A DNA stretch of 64,000 nt. Source: Pristiophorus japonicus (taxonomy: Eukaryota). The notes beneath the pieces were generated by a model. That model was given only the letters and a program-made list of their open reading frames with translations, did no database searches and was not told where the DNA came from. Shown here piece after piece: positions 32,684 through 47,251 of the stretch. The stretch lies in assembly GCF_044704955.1 (NCBI RefSeq), contig NC_091999.1, positions 13,826,001 to 13,890,000 on the forward strand, written 5' to 3'. Positions within the stretch are counted from its first letter, which is position 1. Each line of letters opens with the position of its first letter. The position numbers were made by a program, and so were the translations under genes.

Positions 32684-35079
32684 ATAGAAACATATAGAAA
32701 CATAGATAATAGGTGCAGGAGTAGGCCATTCGGCCCTTCTAGCCTGCACCGCCATTCAATGAGTTCATGGCTGAACATTCAACTTCAGTACCCCATTCCT
32801 GCTTTCTCGCCATACCCCTTGATCCCCCTAGCAGTAAGGACCTCATCTAACTCCTTTTTGAATATATTTAGTGAATTGGCCTCAACAACTTTCTGTGGTA
32901 GAGAATTCCACAGGTTCACCACTCTCTGGGTGAAGATGTTCCTCCGCATCTCGGTCCTAAATGGCTTACCCCTTATCCTTAGACTGTGACCCCTGGTTCT
33001 GGACTTCCCCAACATTGGGAACATTCTTCCTGCATCTAACCTGTCTAACCCCGTCAGAATTTTATATGTTTCTATGAGGTCCCCTCTCATTCTTCTGAAC
33101 TCCAGTGAATACAAGCCCAGTTGATCCAGTCTTTCTTGATAGGTCAGTCCCGCCATCCCGGGAATCAGTCTGGTGAACCTTCGCTGCACTCCCTCAATAG
33201 CAAGATTGTCCTTCCTCAGGTTAGGAGACCAAAACTGTACACAATACTCCAGGTGTGGCCTCACCAATGCCCTGTACAACTGTAGCAACACCTCCCTGCC
33301 CCTGTACTCAAATCCCCTTGCTATGAAGGCCAACATGCCATTTGCTTTCTTAACCGCCTGCTGCACCTGCATGCCAACCTTCAATGACTGATGTACCATG
33401 ACACCCAGGTCTCTTTGCACCTCCCCTTTTCCTAATCTGTCACCTTTCAGATAATAGTCTGTCTCTCTGTTTTTACCACCAAAGTGGATAACCTCACATT
33501 TATCCACATTATACTTCATCTGCCATGCATTTGCCCACTCACCTAACCTATCCAAGTCGCTCTGCAGCCTCACAGCATCCTCCTCGCAGCTCACACTGCC
33601 ACCCAACTTAGTGTCATCCGCAAATTTGGAGATACTACATTTAATCCCCTCATCTAAATCATTAATGTACAGTGTAAACAGCTGGGGCCCCAGCACAGAA
33701 CCTTGCGGTACCCCACTAGTCACTGCCTGCCATTCTGAAAAGTACCCATTTACTCCTACTCTTTGCTTCCTGTCTGACAACCAGTTCTCAATCCATGTCA
33801 GTACACTACCCCCAATCCCATGTGCTCTAACTTTGCACATCAATCTCTTGTGTGGGACCTTGTCGAAAGCCTTCTGAAAGTCCAAATATACCACATCAAC
33901 TGGTTCTCCCTTATCCACTCTACTGGAAACATCCTCAAAAAATTCCAGAAGATTTGTCAAGCATGATTTCCCTTTCACAAATCCATGCTGACTTGGACCT
34001 ATCATGTCACCTCTTTCCAAATGCACTGCTATGACATCCTTAATAATTGATTCCATCATTTTACCCACTACCGATGTCAGGCTGACCGGTCTATAATTCC
34101 CTGTTTTCTCTCTCCCTCCTTTTTTAAAAAGTGGGGTTACATTGGCTACCCTCCACTCCATAGGAACTGATCCAGAGTCAATGGAATGTTGGAAAATGAC
34201 TGTCAACGCATCCACTATTTCCAAGGCCACCTCCTTAAGTACTCTGGGATGCAGTCCATCAGGCCCTGGGGATTTATCGGCCTTCAATCCCATTAATTTT
34301 CCCAACACAATTTCCCGGCTAATAAGGATTTCCCTCAGTTCCTCCTCCTTACTAGACCCCCGACCACCTTTATAACCGGAAGGTTGTTCGTGTCCTCCTT
34401 CGTGAATACCGTACCAAAGTACTTGTTCAATTGGTCCGCCATTTCTTTGTTCCCCGTTATGACTTCCCCTGATTCTGACTGCAGGGGACCTACGTTTGTC
34501 TTTACTAACCTTTTTCTCTTTACATATCTATAGAAACTTTTGCAATCCGTCTTAATGTTCCCTGCAAGCTTCTTCTCATACTCCATTTTCCCTGCCCTAA
34601 TCAAACCCTTTGTCCTCCTCTGCTGAGTTCTAAATTTCTCCCAGTCCCCAGGTTCGCTGCTATTTCTGGCCAATTTGTATGCCACTTCCTTGGCTTTAAT
34701 ACTATCCCTGATTTCCCTTGATAGCCACGGTTGAGCCACCTTCCCTTTTTTATTTCTATGCCAGACAGGAATGTACAATTGTTGTAGTTCATCCATGCGG
34801 TCTCTAAATGTCTGCCATTGCCCATCCACAGTCAACCCCTTAAGTATCATTCGCCAATCCATCTCAGCCAATTCACGCCTCATACCTTCAAAGTTAGCCT
34901 TCTTTAAGTTCTGGACCATGGTCTCTGAATTAACTGTTTCATTCTCCATCCTAATGCAGAATTCCACCATATTATAGTCACTCTTCCCCAAGGGGCCTCG
35001 CACAACGAGATTGCTAATTAATCTTTTCTCATTACATAACACCCAGTCTAAGATGGCCTCCCCCCTAGTTGGTTCCTCG
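32684..35079 (-). mobile_element. 5'-truncated CR1-clade LINE (ORF2 reverse-transcriptase region plus 3' UTR), inserted into satellite A
   Basis: ORFs 34335-35084 and 32785-34308 encode CR1 ORF2 (KSPGPDG, NYRPVSLTS, QHGF, VYLDFQKAFDKVPH, QGSVLGP, FADD, LVRPHLEYC). The 3' end has a (GTTTCTAT)n tail, read as atagaaacat on +. Confidence 0.97.
32785..34308 (-). CDS. CR1 ORF2 reverse-transcriptase domain (open segment of the truncated LINE)
   Basis: 507-aa open frame with complete RT motifs. It is separated from the upstream ORF2 part by a 1-nt frameshift in or near the C5 run at 34357-34361. Confidence 0.85.
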   Translation of the reverse strand: MLGKLMGLKADKSPGPDGLHPRVLKEVALEIVDALTVIFQHSIDSGSVPMEWRVANVTPLFKKGGREKTGNYRPVSLTSVVGKMMESIIKDVIAVHLERGDMIGPSQHGFVKGKSCLTNLLEFFEDVSSRVDKGEPVDVVYLDFQKAFDKVPHKRLMCKVRAHGIGGSVLTWIENWLSDRKQRVGVNGYFSEWQAVTSGVPQGSVLGPQLFTLYINDLDEGIKCSISKFADDTKLGGSVSCEEDAVRLQSDLDRLGEWANAWQMKYNVDKCEVIHFGGKNRETDYYLKGDRLGKGEVQRDLGVMVHQSLKVGMQVQQAVKKANGMLAFIARGFEYRGREVLLQLYRALVRPHLEYCVQFWSPNLRKDNLAIEGVQRRFTRLIPGMAGLTYQERLDQLGLYSLEFRRMRGDLIETYKILTGLDRLDAGRMFPMLGKSRTRGHSLRIRGKPFRTEMRRNIFTQRVVNLWNSLPQKVVEANSLNIFKKELDEVLTARGIKGYGEKAGMGY

Positions 35080-35261
35080 CACACTGACCTTGTGATTTAC
35101 ACACACTGACCTGGTGACTTGCACATATACACACACACTCACCTGCTGATTTACACACACGCTGATCTGGTGATTTACACACACGCACACTGAGCTGGTG
35201 ATTTACACACACACACACACACTGACCTGGTCATTTACACACACACACACTAACCTGGTGA

Positions 35262-35298
<37 letters not shown>

Positions 35299-38200
35299 AC
35301 CTGATGATTTACACACACACAGACCTGGTGATTTACACACACACTGACCTGGTGATTTACACACACTCACTGACCGAGTGATTTGCACGCACATAGACTT
35401 TCCTGGTGATTTAATCGCACACACACACACTGATCTGGTGATTTACACACGCGCAAACTGACCTGGGGATTTACATACACACTGACCTGGTGATTTATGC
35501 ACACACACAGACCTGGTGATTTACACACGCACACACACACTGACCTGGTGATTCACTTAGACACACATTGATCTCGTGATTTACACACACACACACACTG
35601 ACCTGGTGATTTACACACACACGCCCACTGACCTGGTGATTTAAACACACACACTGACCTGCTAATTTACACACACACAGTGGTGTGGTGATTTAAACAC
35701 ACACTGACATGGTGATTTACACACACACACACACACTGACCTGGTGATTTACACACACACACTGACCTGGTGATTTCCACACACACAGTGGCGTGGTGAT
35801 TTACACACACACGCTGACCTGGTGATTTACACAGACACTGACGTGGTGATTTACACAGACACTGACGTGGTGATTTACACACACACACACTGACCTGGTG
35901 ATTGACACACACACTGACCTGGGGATTGATGCACACACACACGGACCTGGTGATTAACACACACGGACCTGGTGATTAACATATACACACACTGACCTGG
36001 TGATTTTCACACACTGACCTGGTGATTTACACACACACACACAGTGTCTGGTCATTTACACACACACACAGTGCCTGGTCATTTACACACTCACTGACAT
36101 GGTGATTTACATGCGCACACTGACCTGTCGATTAACACAAACATTGACCTGGTGATATACACACACATACCACTGACCGGTAATTTATACACACACACAC
36201 ACTGACCTGGTGATTTACACACACACACACTGACCTAGTGATTTAATTACACACACATTGATCTGGTGATGTACACACACACACTGACCTGGTGATTTAC
36301 ACACACACACACTGACCTAGTGATTTAATTACACACACACTAATCTGGTGATGTACACAAACACACACACACTGATCTGGCGATGTACACACACACACAC
36401 TGACCTGTTGATTTGCACATGCACTGACCTGGTGATGTACAGACAGAGACACACACTAACCTGGTGATTTACACACACACACACTAACCTGGTGATTTAC
36501 ACACACACACACACTGACCTGGTGATTTACACACACACACTGACCTGGTGATGTACACACACAGACACACACTAACCTGGTGATTTACACAGACACACAC
36601 ACCTGGTGATATACACACACACTGACCTGGTGATTTACACACATACGCACACTGACCTTGTGATTTACACACACACACACTGACCTGGTGACTTGCACAC
36701 ACACACACACACACACTCACCTGCTGATTTACACACACGCTGATCTGGTGATTTACACACACGCACACTGAGCTGGTGATTTACACACACACACACACAC
36801 ACACTGACCTGGTCATTTACACACACACACACTAACCTGGTGAATTACACACACACACACACACACACTGACCTGATGATTTACACACACACAGACCTGG
36901 TGATTTACACACACACAGACCACACACACTGACCTGGTTATTTACACACACACACTGACCTGATGATTTACACACACACTGATCTAGTGATTTACACAAA
37001 CACTGACCTGTTGATTTACAGACACAGACAGACACTAACCTGGTGATTTATACACACACACAGACCTGTTGATTTGCACATGCACTGACCTGGTGATGTA
37101 CAGACAGAGACACACACTAACCTGGTGATTTACACACACACACACTGACCTGGTGATTTACACACACACACTGACCTGGTGATGTACACACACACACTGA
37201 CCTGGTTATTTACACACACACTGACCTGGTGATGTACAGACAGAGACATACACTAACCTGGTGATTTACACACACACTGACCTGGTGATTTACAGACACA
37301 CACACACACACACTGACCTGGTGATTTACACACACTGACCTGGTGATTTACACACACTGACCTGGTGATTTACACACACACACACACACACACTGACCTG
37401 GTCATTTCCACACACACACTGACATGGTGATTTACATGCGCACACTCACCTGCCGATTAACACAAACATTGACGTGGTGATTTACACACACATACCACTG
37501 ACCGGTAATTTATACACACAAACACACTGACCTGGTGATTTACACAAACACACTGACCTGGTGATTTACACATGCACTGACCTGGTGTTTACAGACACAC
37601 ACACACACACACACTGACCTGGTGATATACACACACACTGACCTGGTGATGTACACACATACACTGACCTGGTGATTTACACACGAACTGACCTGGTGAT
37701 GTATAGACACAGACACACACTAACCTGGTGATTTACACAGACACACACAGACACACTGGCCTGGTGATTTACACACACACACTGACCTGGTGATTTACAC
37801 ACGCACTGACCTGGTGATGTACACACACACACTGACCTGGTGATGTACACACACACACACTGACCTGGTGATTTACACACACACTGATCTGGTGATATGC
37901 ACACATACACTGACCTGGTGAATTACACATGCACTGACCTGGTGATGTACAGACAGAGACACACACTAACCTGGTGATTTACACACACACACACTGACCT
38001 GGTGATTTACAGACACACACACACTGACCTGGTGATTTACACACACACTGACCTGGCGATTTACTCACACACTGACCTGGGGATTTACTCACACACACAC
38101 TGACCTGGTCATTTCCACACACACACTGACATTGTGATTTACATGCGCACACTGACCTGCCGATTAACACAAACATTGACGTGGTGATTTACACACACAT

Positions 38201-41200
38201 ACCACTGACCGGTAATTTATACACACACACACACTGACCTGGTGATTTACACACACACACTGACCTAGTGATTTATACACACACTGATCTGGTGATTTAC
38301 ACACACGCAAACTGACCAGGGGATTTACATACACACTGACATGGTGATTTACACACACACACTGACCTGGTGATTTACACACACACTGACCTGGTGATGT
38401 ACACACGCACACTGATCTGGTGATGTACAGATACAGACACACACTAACCTGGTGATGTACACACACACACACTGAGCTGGTCATTTACACACACACTGAC
38501 ATGGTGATTTACATGCGCACTGATCAGATGATGTACACACACACACACACACTGATCTGGTGATTTGCACACACACACTGACCTGGAGATTTATACACAC
38601 ACTGATCTGGTGATTTACACACGCGCAAAATGACCAGGGGATTTACATACACACTGACATGGTGATTTACGCACACACACACGGATCTGGTGATTTACTT
38701 ACACACACATTGACCTGGTGATTTAAACACACACTGACATGGTGATTTACACACATACGCAACTGAGCTTGTGATTTACACACACACACTGACCTGGTGA
38801 TTTCCACACACACACTGACCTGGTGATTTACACACGCACTGATCTGGTGATGTACACACACACACTGACCTGGTGATTTACACACACACTGATCTGGTGA
38901 TTTACACACACACTGATCTGGTGATATGCACACATACACTGACCTAGTGATTTACACATGCACTGACCTGGTGATGTACAGACAGAGACACACACTAACC
39001 TGGTGATTTACACACATATACACTAACCTGGTGATTTACACACACACACACACACTGAGCTGGTCATTTACACACACACTGACATGGTGATTTACACACG
39101 CACTGACCTGGTGATGTACACACACACACACTGACCTGGTGATTTACACACACACTGATCTGGTGATATGCACACATACACTGACCTGGTGATGTACACA
39201 TACACTGACCTGGTGATGTACACACACACACACACACACACTGATCTGGTGATTTACACACACACACTGATCTGGTGATGTACACACACACACACACTGA
39301 CCTGGTGATTTTTCAAACACACACACACACTGACCTGGGAATTTACACACACACTGACCTGGTGATTTATGCACACACACACGGACCTGGTGATGAACAC
39401 ACGCACACACACACACTGACCTGGTGATTTACACACACACATTAACCTGGTGATTTATACAGACACTGATCTGGTGATTTACACACACACACTGACCTGA
39501 TGATTTACACACACACACTGACCTAGTGATTTGCACGCACATAGACTTTCCTGGTGATTCAATCACACACAAACACTCACACACACTGACCTGGTGATTT
39601 ACACACACACACTGACCTGGTGATTTATACACACACTGATCTGGTAATTTACACACGCGCAAACTGACCAGGGGATTTATATACACACTGACATGGTGAT
39701 TTACACACACACACTGACCTGGTGATTTACACACGCACTGACCTGGTGATGTATACACACACACTGACCTGGTGATTTACACACACACTGATCTGGTGAT
39801 ATGCACACATACACTGACCTGGTGATGTACACACACACACACACACACTGATCTGGTGATTTACACACACACACTGATCTGGTGATGTATACACACACAC
39901 ACTGACCTGGTGATTTTTCAAACACACACACACACTGACCTGGGAATTTACACACACACTGACCTGGTGATTTATGCACACACACACGGACCTAGTGATG
40001 AACACACGCACATTAACCTGGTGATTTATACAGATACTGATCTGGTGATTTACACACACACACTGACCTGATGATTTACACACACACACTGACCTAGTGA
40101 TTTGCACGCACGTGGACTTTCCTGGTGATTCAATCACACACATACACTCACCTGGTGATTTACACACACACACTGACCTGGTGATTTATACACACACTGA
40201 TCTGGTAATTTACACACGCGCAAACTGACCAGGGGATTTATATACACACTGACATGGTGATTTACACACACACACTGACCTGGTGATTTACACACGCACT
40301 GACCTGGTGATGTATACACACACACTGACCTGGTGATTTACACACACACTGATCTGGTGATATGCACACATACACTGACCTGGTGATGTACACACACACA
40401 CACACACACACACACTGATCTGGTGATTTACACACACACAATGATCTGGTGATGTATACACACACACACTGACCTGGTGATTTTTCAAACACACACACAC
40501 ACTGACCTGGGAATTTACACACACACTGACCTGGTGATTTATGCACACACACACGGACCTAGTGATGAACACACGCACATTAACCTGGTGATTTATACAG
40601 ATACTGATCTGGTGATTTACACACACACACTGACCTGATGATTTACACACACACACTGACCTAGTGATTTGCATGCACATAGACTTTCCTGGTGATTCAA
40701 TCACACACAAACACTCACACACACTGACCTGGTGATTTACACACACACACTGACCTGGTGATTTATACACACACTGATCTGGTAATTTACACACGTGCAA
40801 ACTGACCAGGGGATTTATATACACACTGACATGGTGATTTACACACACACACTGACCTGGTGATTTACACACGCACTGACCTGGTGATGTACACACACAC
40901 ACTGACCTGGTGATTTACACACACACTGATCTGGTGATATGCACACATACACTGACCTGGTGATGTACACACACACACACACACACACACACACTGATCT
41001 GGTGATTTACACACACACACTGATCTGGTGATGTATACACACACACACTGACCTGGTGATTTTTCAAACACACACACACACTGACCTGGGAATTTACACA
41101 CACACTGACCTGGTGATTTATGCGCACACACACGGACCTAGTGATGAACACATGCACATTAACCTGGTGATTTATACAGATACTGATCTGGTGATTTACA

Positions 41201-42533
41201 CACACATACTGACCTGATGATTTACACACACACACTGACCTAGTGATTTGCACGCACATAGACTTTCCTGGTGAATCAATCACACACAAACACTCACACA
41301 CACTGACCTGGTGATTTACACACACACACTGACCTGGTGATTTATACACACACTGATCTGGTGATTTACACACGCGCAAACTGACCAGCGGATTTATATA
41401 CACACTGACATGGTGATTTACACACACACACTGACCTGGTGATTTACACACGCACTGACCTGGTGATATGCACACATACACTGCCCTGGTGATTTACACA
41501 TGCACTGACCTGGTGATGTACAGACAGAGACACGCACTAACCTGGTGATTTACACACACACACACTGACCTGGTGATTTACACACACACTGACCTGGTAA
41601 TATACACATATACACTGACCTGGTGATTTACAGACACATACACACACTAACCTGGTGATTTACACACGCGCACACTGACCTGGGGATTTACACACACACT
41701 GAGCTGGTGATTAACACACACACACACTGACCTGGTCATTTACACGCACACACACTAACCTGGTGAATTGCACACACACACACTGATCTGGTGATTTACA
41801 CACAGACACACTGACCTGGTGATTTATACGCAGACACACTGACCTGGTGATTTATATACACACTGACCTGGTGATTCACACACACACTGATCTGGTGATT
41901 TACACATACACACACTGATCTGGTGATTTACACACAGACACACTGACCTGGTGATTTATACGCAGACACACTGACCTGGTGATTCACACACACACTGATC
42001 TGGTGATTTACACATACACACACTGACCTGGTGATTTACACGCACACAAACACTGACCTGGTGATTTACACACACACAAACACTGACCTGGTGATTTAAT
42101 CACACACACACACACTCACCTGGTTATTTACACACACACTGATCTGGTGATTTACACACGTGCACACTGACCTGGGGATTTACACACACACTGAGCTGGT
42201 GATTAACACACACACACACTGACCTGGTCATTTACACGCACACACACTAACCTGGTGAATTGCACACACACACACTGACCTGGTGATTTAAACACACACT
42301 GACATGGTGATTTACACATACACACACTGACCTGGTGATTTACACGCACACACTCTGACCTGGTGATTTACGCACACACTGACCCACTGATTTACACACA
42401 CACACACACACACACACTGATCTGGTGATGTACACACACACACACTGATCTGGTGATTTACACACACACACACTGACCTGGTCATTTACACGCACACACT
42501 GACCTGGAGATTTACATAAACACTGACCCACTG

Positions 42534-42565
<32 letters not shown>

Positions 42566-43496
42566 TGATCTGGTGATTTACACATACACACACTGATCTG
42601 GTGATTTACACACACACACACTGACCTGGTGATGTACACACACACACTGACCTGGTGATGTACACACACACACTGACCTGGTGATGTACACACACACAGA
42701 CACACACTAACCTGGTGATTTACACAGACACACACACCTGGTGATTTACACACATACGCACACTGACCTTGTGATTTACACACACACACACTGACCTGGT
42801 GACTTGCACACACACACACACACACACACTCACCTGCTGATTTACACACACGCTGATCTGGTGATTTACACACACGCACACTGAGCTGGTGATTTACACA
42901 CACACACACACACACTGACCTGGTCATTTACACACACACACACTAACCTGGTGAATTACACACACACACACACACACTGACCTGGTGATTTCCACATACA
43001 CACTGACCTGGTGATTCACACATGCACACTGACCTGGTGATTCATACACACACACTGAGCTGGTGATTTACACACCCACCGAACTGATGATTTACAGACA
43101 CACACACACACACACTGACCTGGTGATTTACACACGCACACTGACCTGGTGATTTACATGCACACACACACTGAGCTGGTGATTGACACACACATTGAAC
43201 TGGTGATTTACACACACACACTGACCTGGTGATTTACACACACACACTGACCTGGTGATGTACACACACACACTGACCTGGTGATTTACACACACACTGA
43301 CCTGGTGATGTACAGACAGAGACATACACTAACCTGGTGATTTACACACACACTGACCTGGTGATTTACAGACACACACACACACACACTGACCTGGTGA
43401 TTTACACACACTGACCTGGTGATTTACACACACTGACCTGGTGATTTACACACACACACAAAGTGCCTGGTCATTTACACACACACTGAACTGGTG

Positions 43497-43536
<40 letters not shown>

Positions 43537-44277
43537 ACCTGGTCATTTCCACACACACACTGACATGGTGATTTACATGTGCACACTCACCTGCCGATTA
43601 ACACAAACATTGACGTGGTGATTTACACACACATACCACTGACCGGTAATTTATACACACACACACACACTGACCTGGTGATTTACACACACACACACAC
43701 CTGGTGATATACACAAACACACTGACCTGGTGATTTACACAAACACACTGACCTGGTGATTTACACATGCACTGACCTGGTGTTTACAGACACACACACA
43801 CACACACACTGACCTGGTGATATACACACACACTGACCTGGTGATGTACACACATACACTGACCTGGTGATTTACACACGAACTGACCTGGTGATGTATA
43901 GACACAGACACACACTAACCTGGTGATTTACACAGACACACACAGACACACTGGCCTGGTGATTTACACACACACACTGACCTGGTGATTTACACACGCA
44001 CTGACCTGGTGATGTACACACACACACTGACCTGGTGATTTACACACACACTGATCTGGTGATATGCACACATACACTGACCTGGTGAATTACACATGCA
44101 CTGACCTGGTGATGTACAGACAGAGACACACACTAACCTGGTGATTTACACACACACACACTGACCTGGTGATTTACAGACACACACACACTGACCTGGT
44201 GATTTACACACACACTGACCTGGCGATTTACTCACACACTGACCTGGGGATTTACTCACACACACACGGACCTGGTG

Positions 44278-44337
<60 letters not shown>

Positions 44338-47213
44338 ACCTGGTCATTTCCACACACACACTGACATTGTGATTTACATGCGCACACTGACCTGCCGATT
44401 AACACAAACATTGACGTGGTGATTTACACACACATACCACTGACCGGTAATTTATACACACACACACACTGACCTGGTGATTTACACACACACACTGACC
44501 TAGTGATTTATACACACACTGATCTGGTGATTTACACACACGCAAACTGACCAGGGGATTTACATACACACTGACATGGTGATTTACACACACACACTGA
44601 CCTGGTGATTTACACACACACTGACCTGGTGATGTACACACACACACTGATCTGGTGATGTACAGATACAGACACACACTAACCTGGTGATGTACACACA
44701 CACACACTGAGCTGGTCATTTACACACACACTGACATGGTGATTTACATGCGCACTGATCAGATGATGTACACACACACACACACACTGATCTGGTGATT
44801 TGCACACACACACTGACCTGGAGATTTATACACACACTGATCTGGTGATTTACACACGCGCAAAATGACCAGGGGATTTACATACACACTGACATGGTGA
44901 TTTACGCACACACACACGGATCTGGTGATTTACTTACACACACATTGACCTGGTGATTTAAACACACACTGACATGGTGATTTACACACATACGCAACTG
45001 AGCTTGTGATTTACACACACACACACACACACACTGACCTGGTGATTTCCACACACACACTGACCTGGTGATTTACACACGCACTGATCTGGTGATGTAC
45101 ACACACACACTGACCTGGTGATTTACACACACACTGATCTGGTGATTTACACACACACTGATCTGGTGATATGCACACATACACTGACCTAGTGATTTAC
45201 ACATGCACTGACCTGGTGATGTACAGACAGAGACACACACTAACCTGGTGATTTACACACATATACACTAACCTGGTGATTTACACACACACACACACAC
45301 TGAGCTGGTCATTTACACACACACTGACATGGTGATTTACACACGCACTGACCTGGTGATGTACACACACACACTGACCTGGTGATTTACACACACACTG
45401 ATCTGGTGATATGCACACATACACTGACCTGGTGATGTACACATACACTGACCTGGTGATGTACACACACACACACACTGATCTGGTGATTTACACACAC
45501 ACACTGATCTGGTGATGTACACACACACACACACTGACCTGGTGATTTTTCAAACACACACACACACTGACCTGGGAATTTACACACACACTGACCTGGT
45601 GATTTATGCACACACACACGGACCTGGTGATGAACACACGCACACACACACACTGACCTGGTGATTTACACACACACATTAACCTGGTGATTTATACAGA
45701 CACTGATCTGGTGATTTACACACACACACTGACCTGATGATTTACACACACACACTGACCTAGTGATTTGCACGCACATAGACTTTCCTGGTGATTCAAT
45801 CACACACAAACACTCACACACACTGACCTGGTGATTTACACACACACACTGACCTGGTGATTTATACACACACTGATCTGGTAATTTACACACGCGCAAA
45901 CTGACCAGGGGATTTATATACACACTGACATGGTGATTTACACACACACACTGACCTGGTGATTTACACACGCACTGACCTGGTGATGTATACACACACA
46001 CTGACCTGGTGATTTACACACACACTGATCTGGTGATATGCACACATACACTGACCTGGTGATGTACACACACACACACACACACTGATCTGGTGATTTA
46101 CACACACACACTGATCTGGTGATGTATACACACACACACTGACCTGGTGATTTTTCAAACACTCACACACACTGACCTGGGAATTTACACACACACTGAC
46201 CTGGTGATTTATGCACACACACACGGACCTAGTGATGAACACACGCACATTAACCTGGTGATTTATACAGATACTGATCTGGTGATTTACACACACACAC
46301 TGACCTGATGATTTACACACACACACTGACCTAGTGATTTGCACGCACGTGGACTTTCCTGGTGATTCAATCACACACATACACTCACATACACTGACCT
46401 GGTGATTTACACACACACACTGACCTGGTGATTTATACACACACTGATCTGGTAATTTACACACGCGCAAACTGACCAGGGGATTTATATACACACTGAC
46501 ATGGTGATTTACACACACACACTGACCTGGTGATTTACACACGCACTGACCTGGTGATGTACACACACACACTGACCTGGTGATTTACACACACACTGAT
46601 CTGGTGATATGCACACATACACTGACCTGGTGATGTACACACACACACACACACACACACACACTGATCTGGTGATTTACACACACACACTGATCTGGTG
46701 ATGTATACACACACACACTGACCTGGTGATTTTTCAAACACACACACACACTGACCTGGGAATTTACACACACACTGACCTGGTGATTTATGCACACACA
46801 CACGGACCTAGTGATGAACACACGCACATTAACCTGGTGATTTATACAGATACTGATCTGGTGATTTACACACACACACTGACCTGATGATTTACACACA
46901 CACACTGACCTAGTGATTTGCACGCACATAGACTTTCCTGGTGATTCAATCACACACAAACACTCACACACACTGACCTGGTGATTTACACACACACACT
47001 GACCTGGTGATTTATACACACACTGATCTGGTAATTTACACACGTGCAAACTGACCAGGGGATTTATATACACACTGACATGGTGATTTACACACACACA
47101 CTGACCTGGTGATTTACACACGCACTGACCTGGTGATGTACACACACACACTGACCTGGTGATTTACACACACACTGATCTGGTGATATGCACACATACA
47201 CTGACCTGGTGAT

Positions 47214-47251
<38 letters not shown>

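Noticed and set aside
32759-34977. Plus-strand ORFs over the CR1 (and minus-strand ORFs over 56948-58223)
   Set aside because: Antisense shadows of the RT reading frame.
40667-40674. Ig octamer ATTTGCAT
   Set aside because: A single point variant of the common satellite ATTTGCAC, with no V gene nearby.
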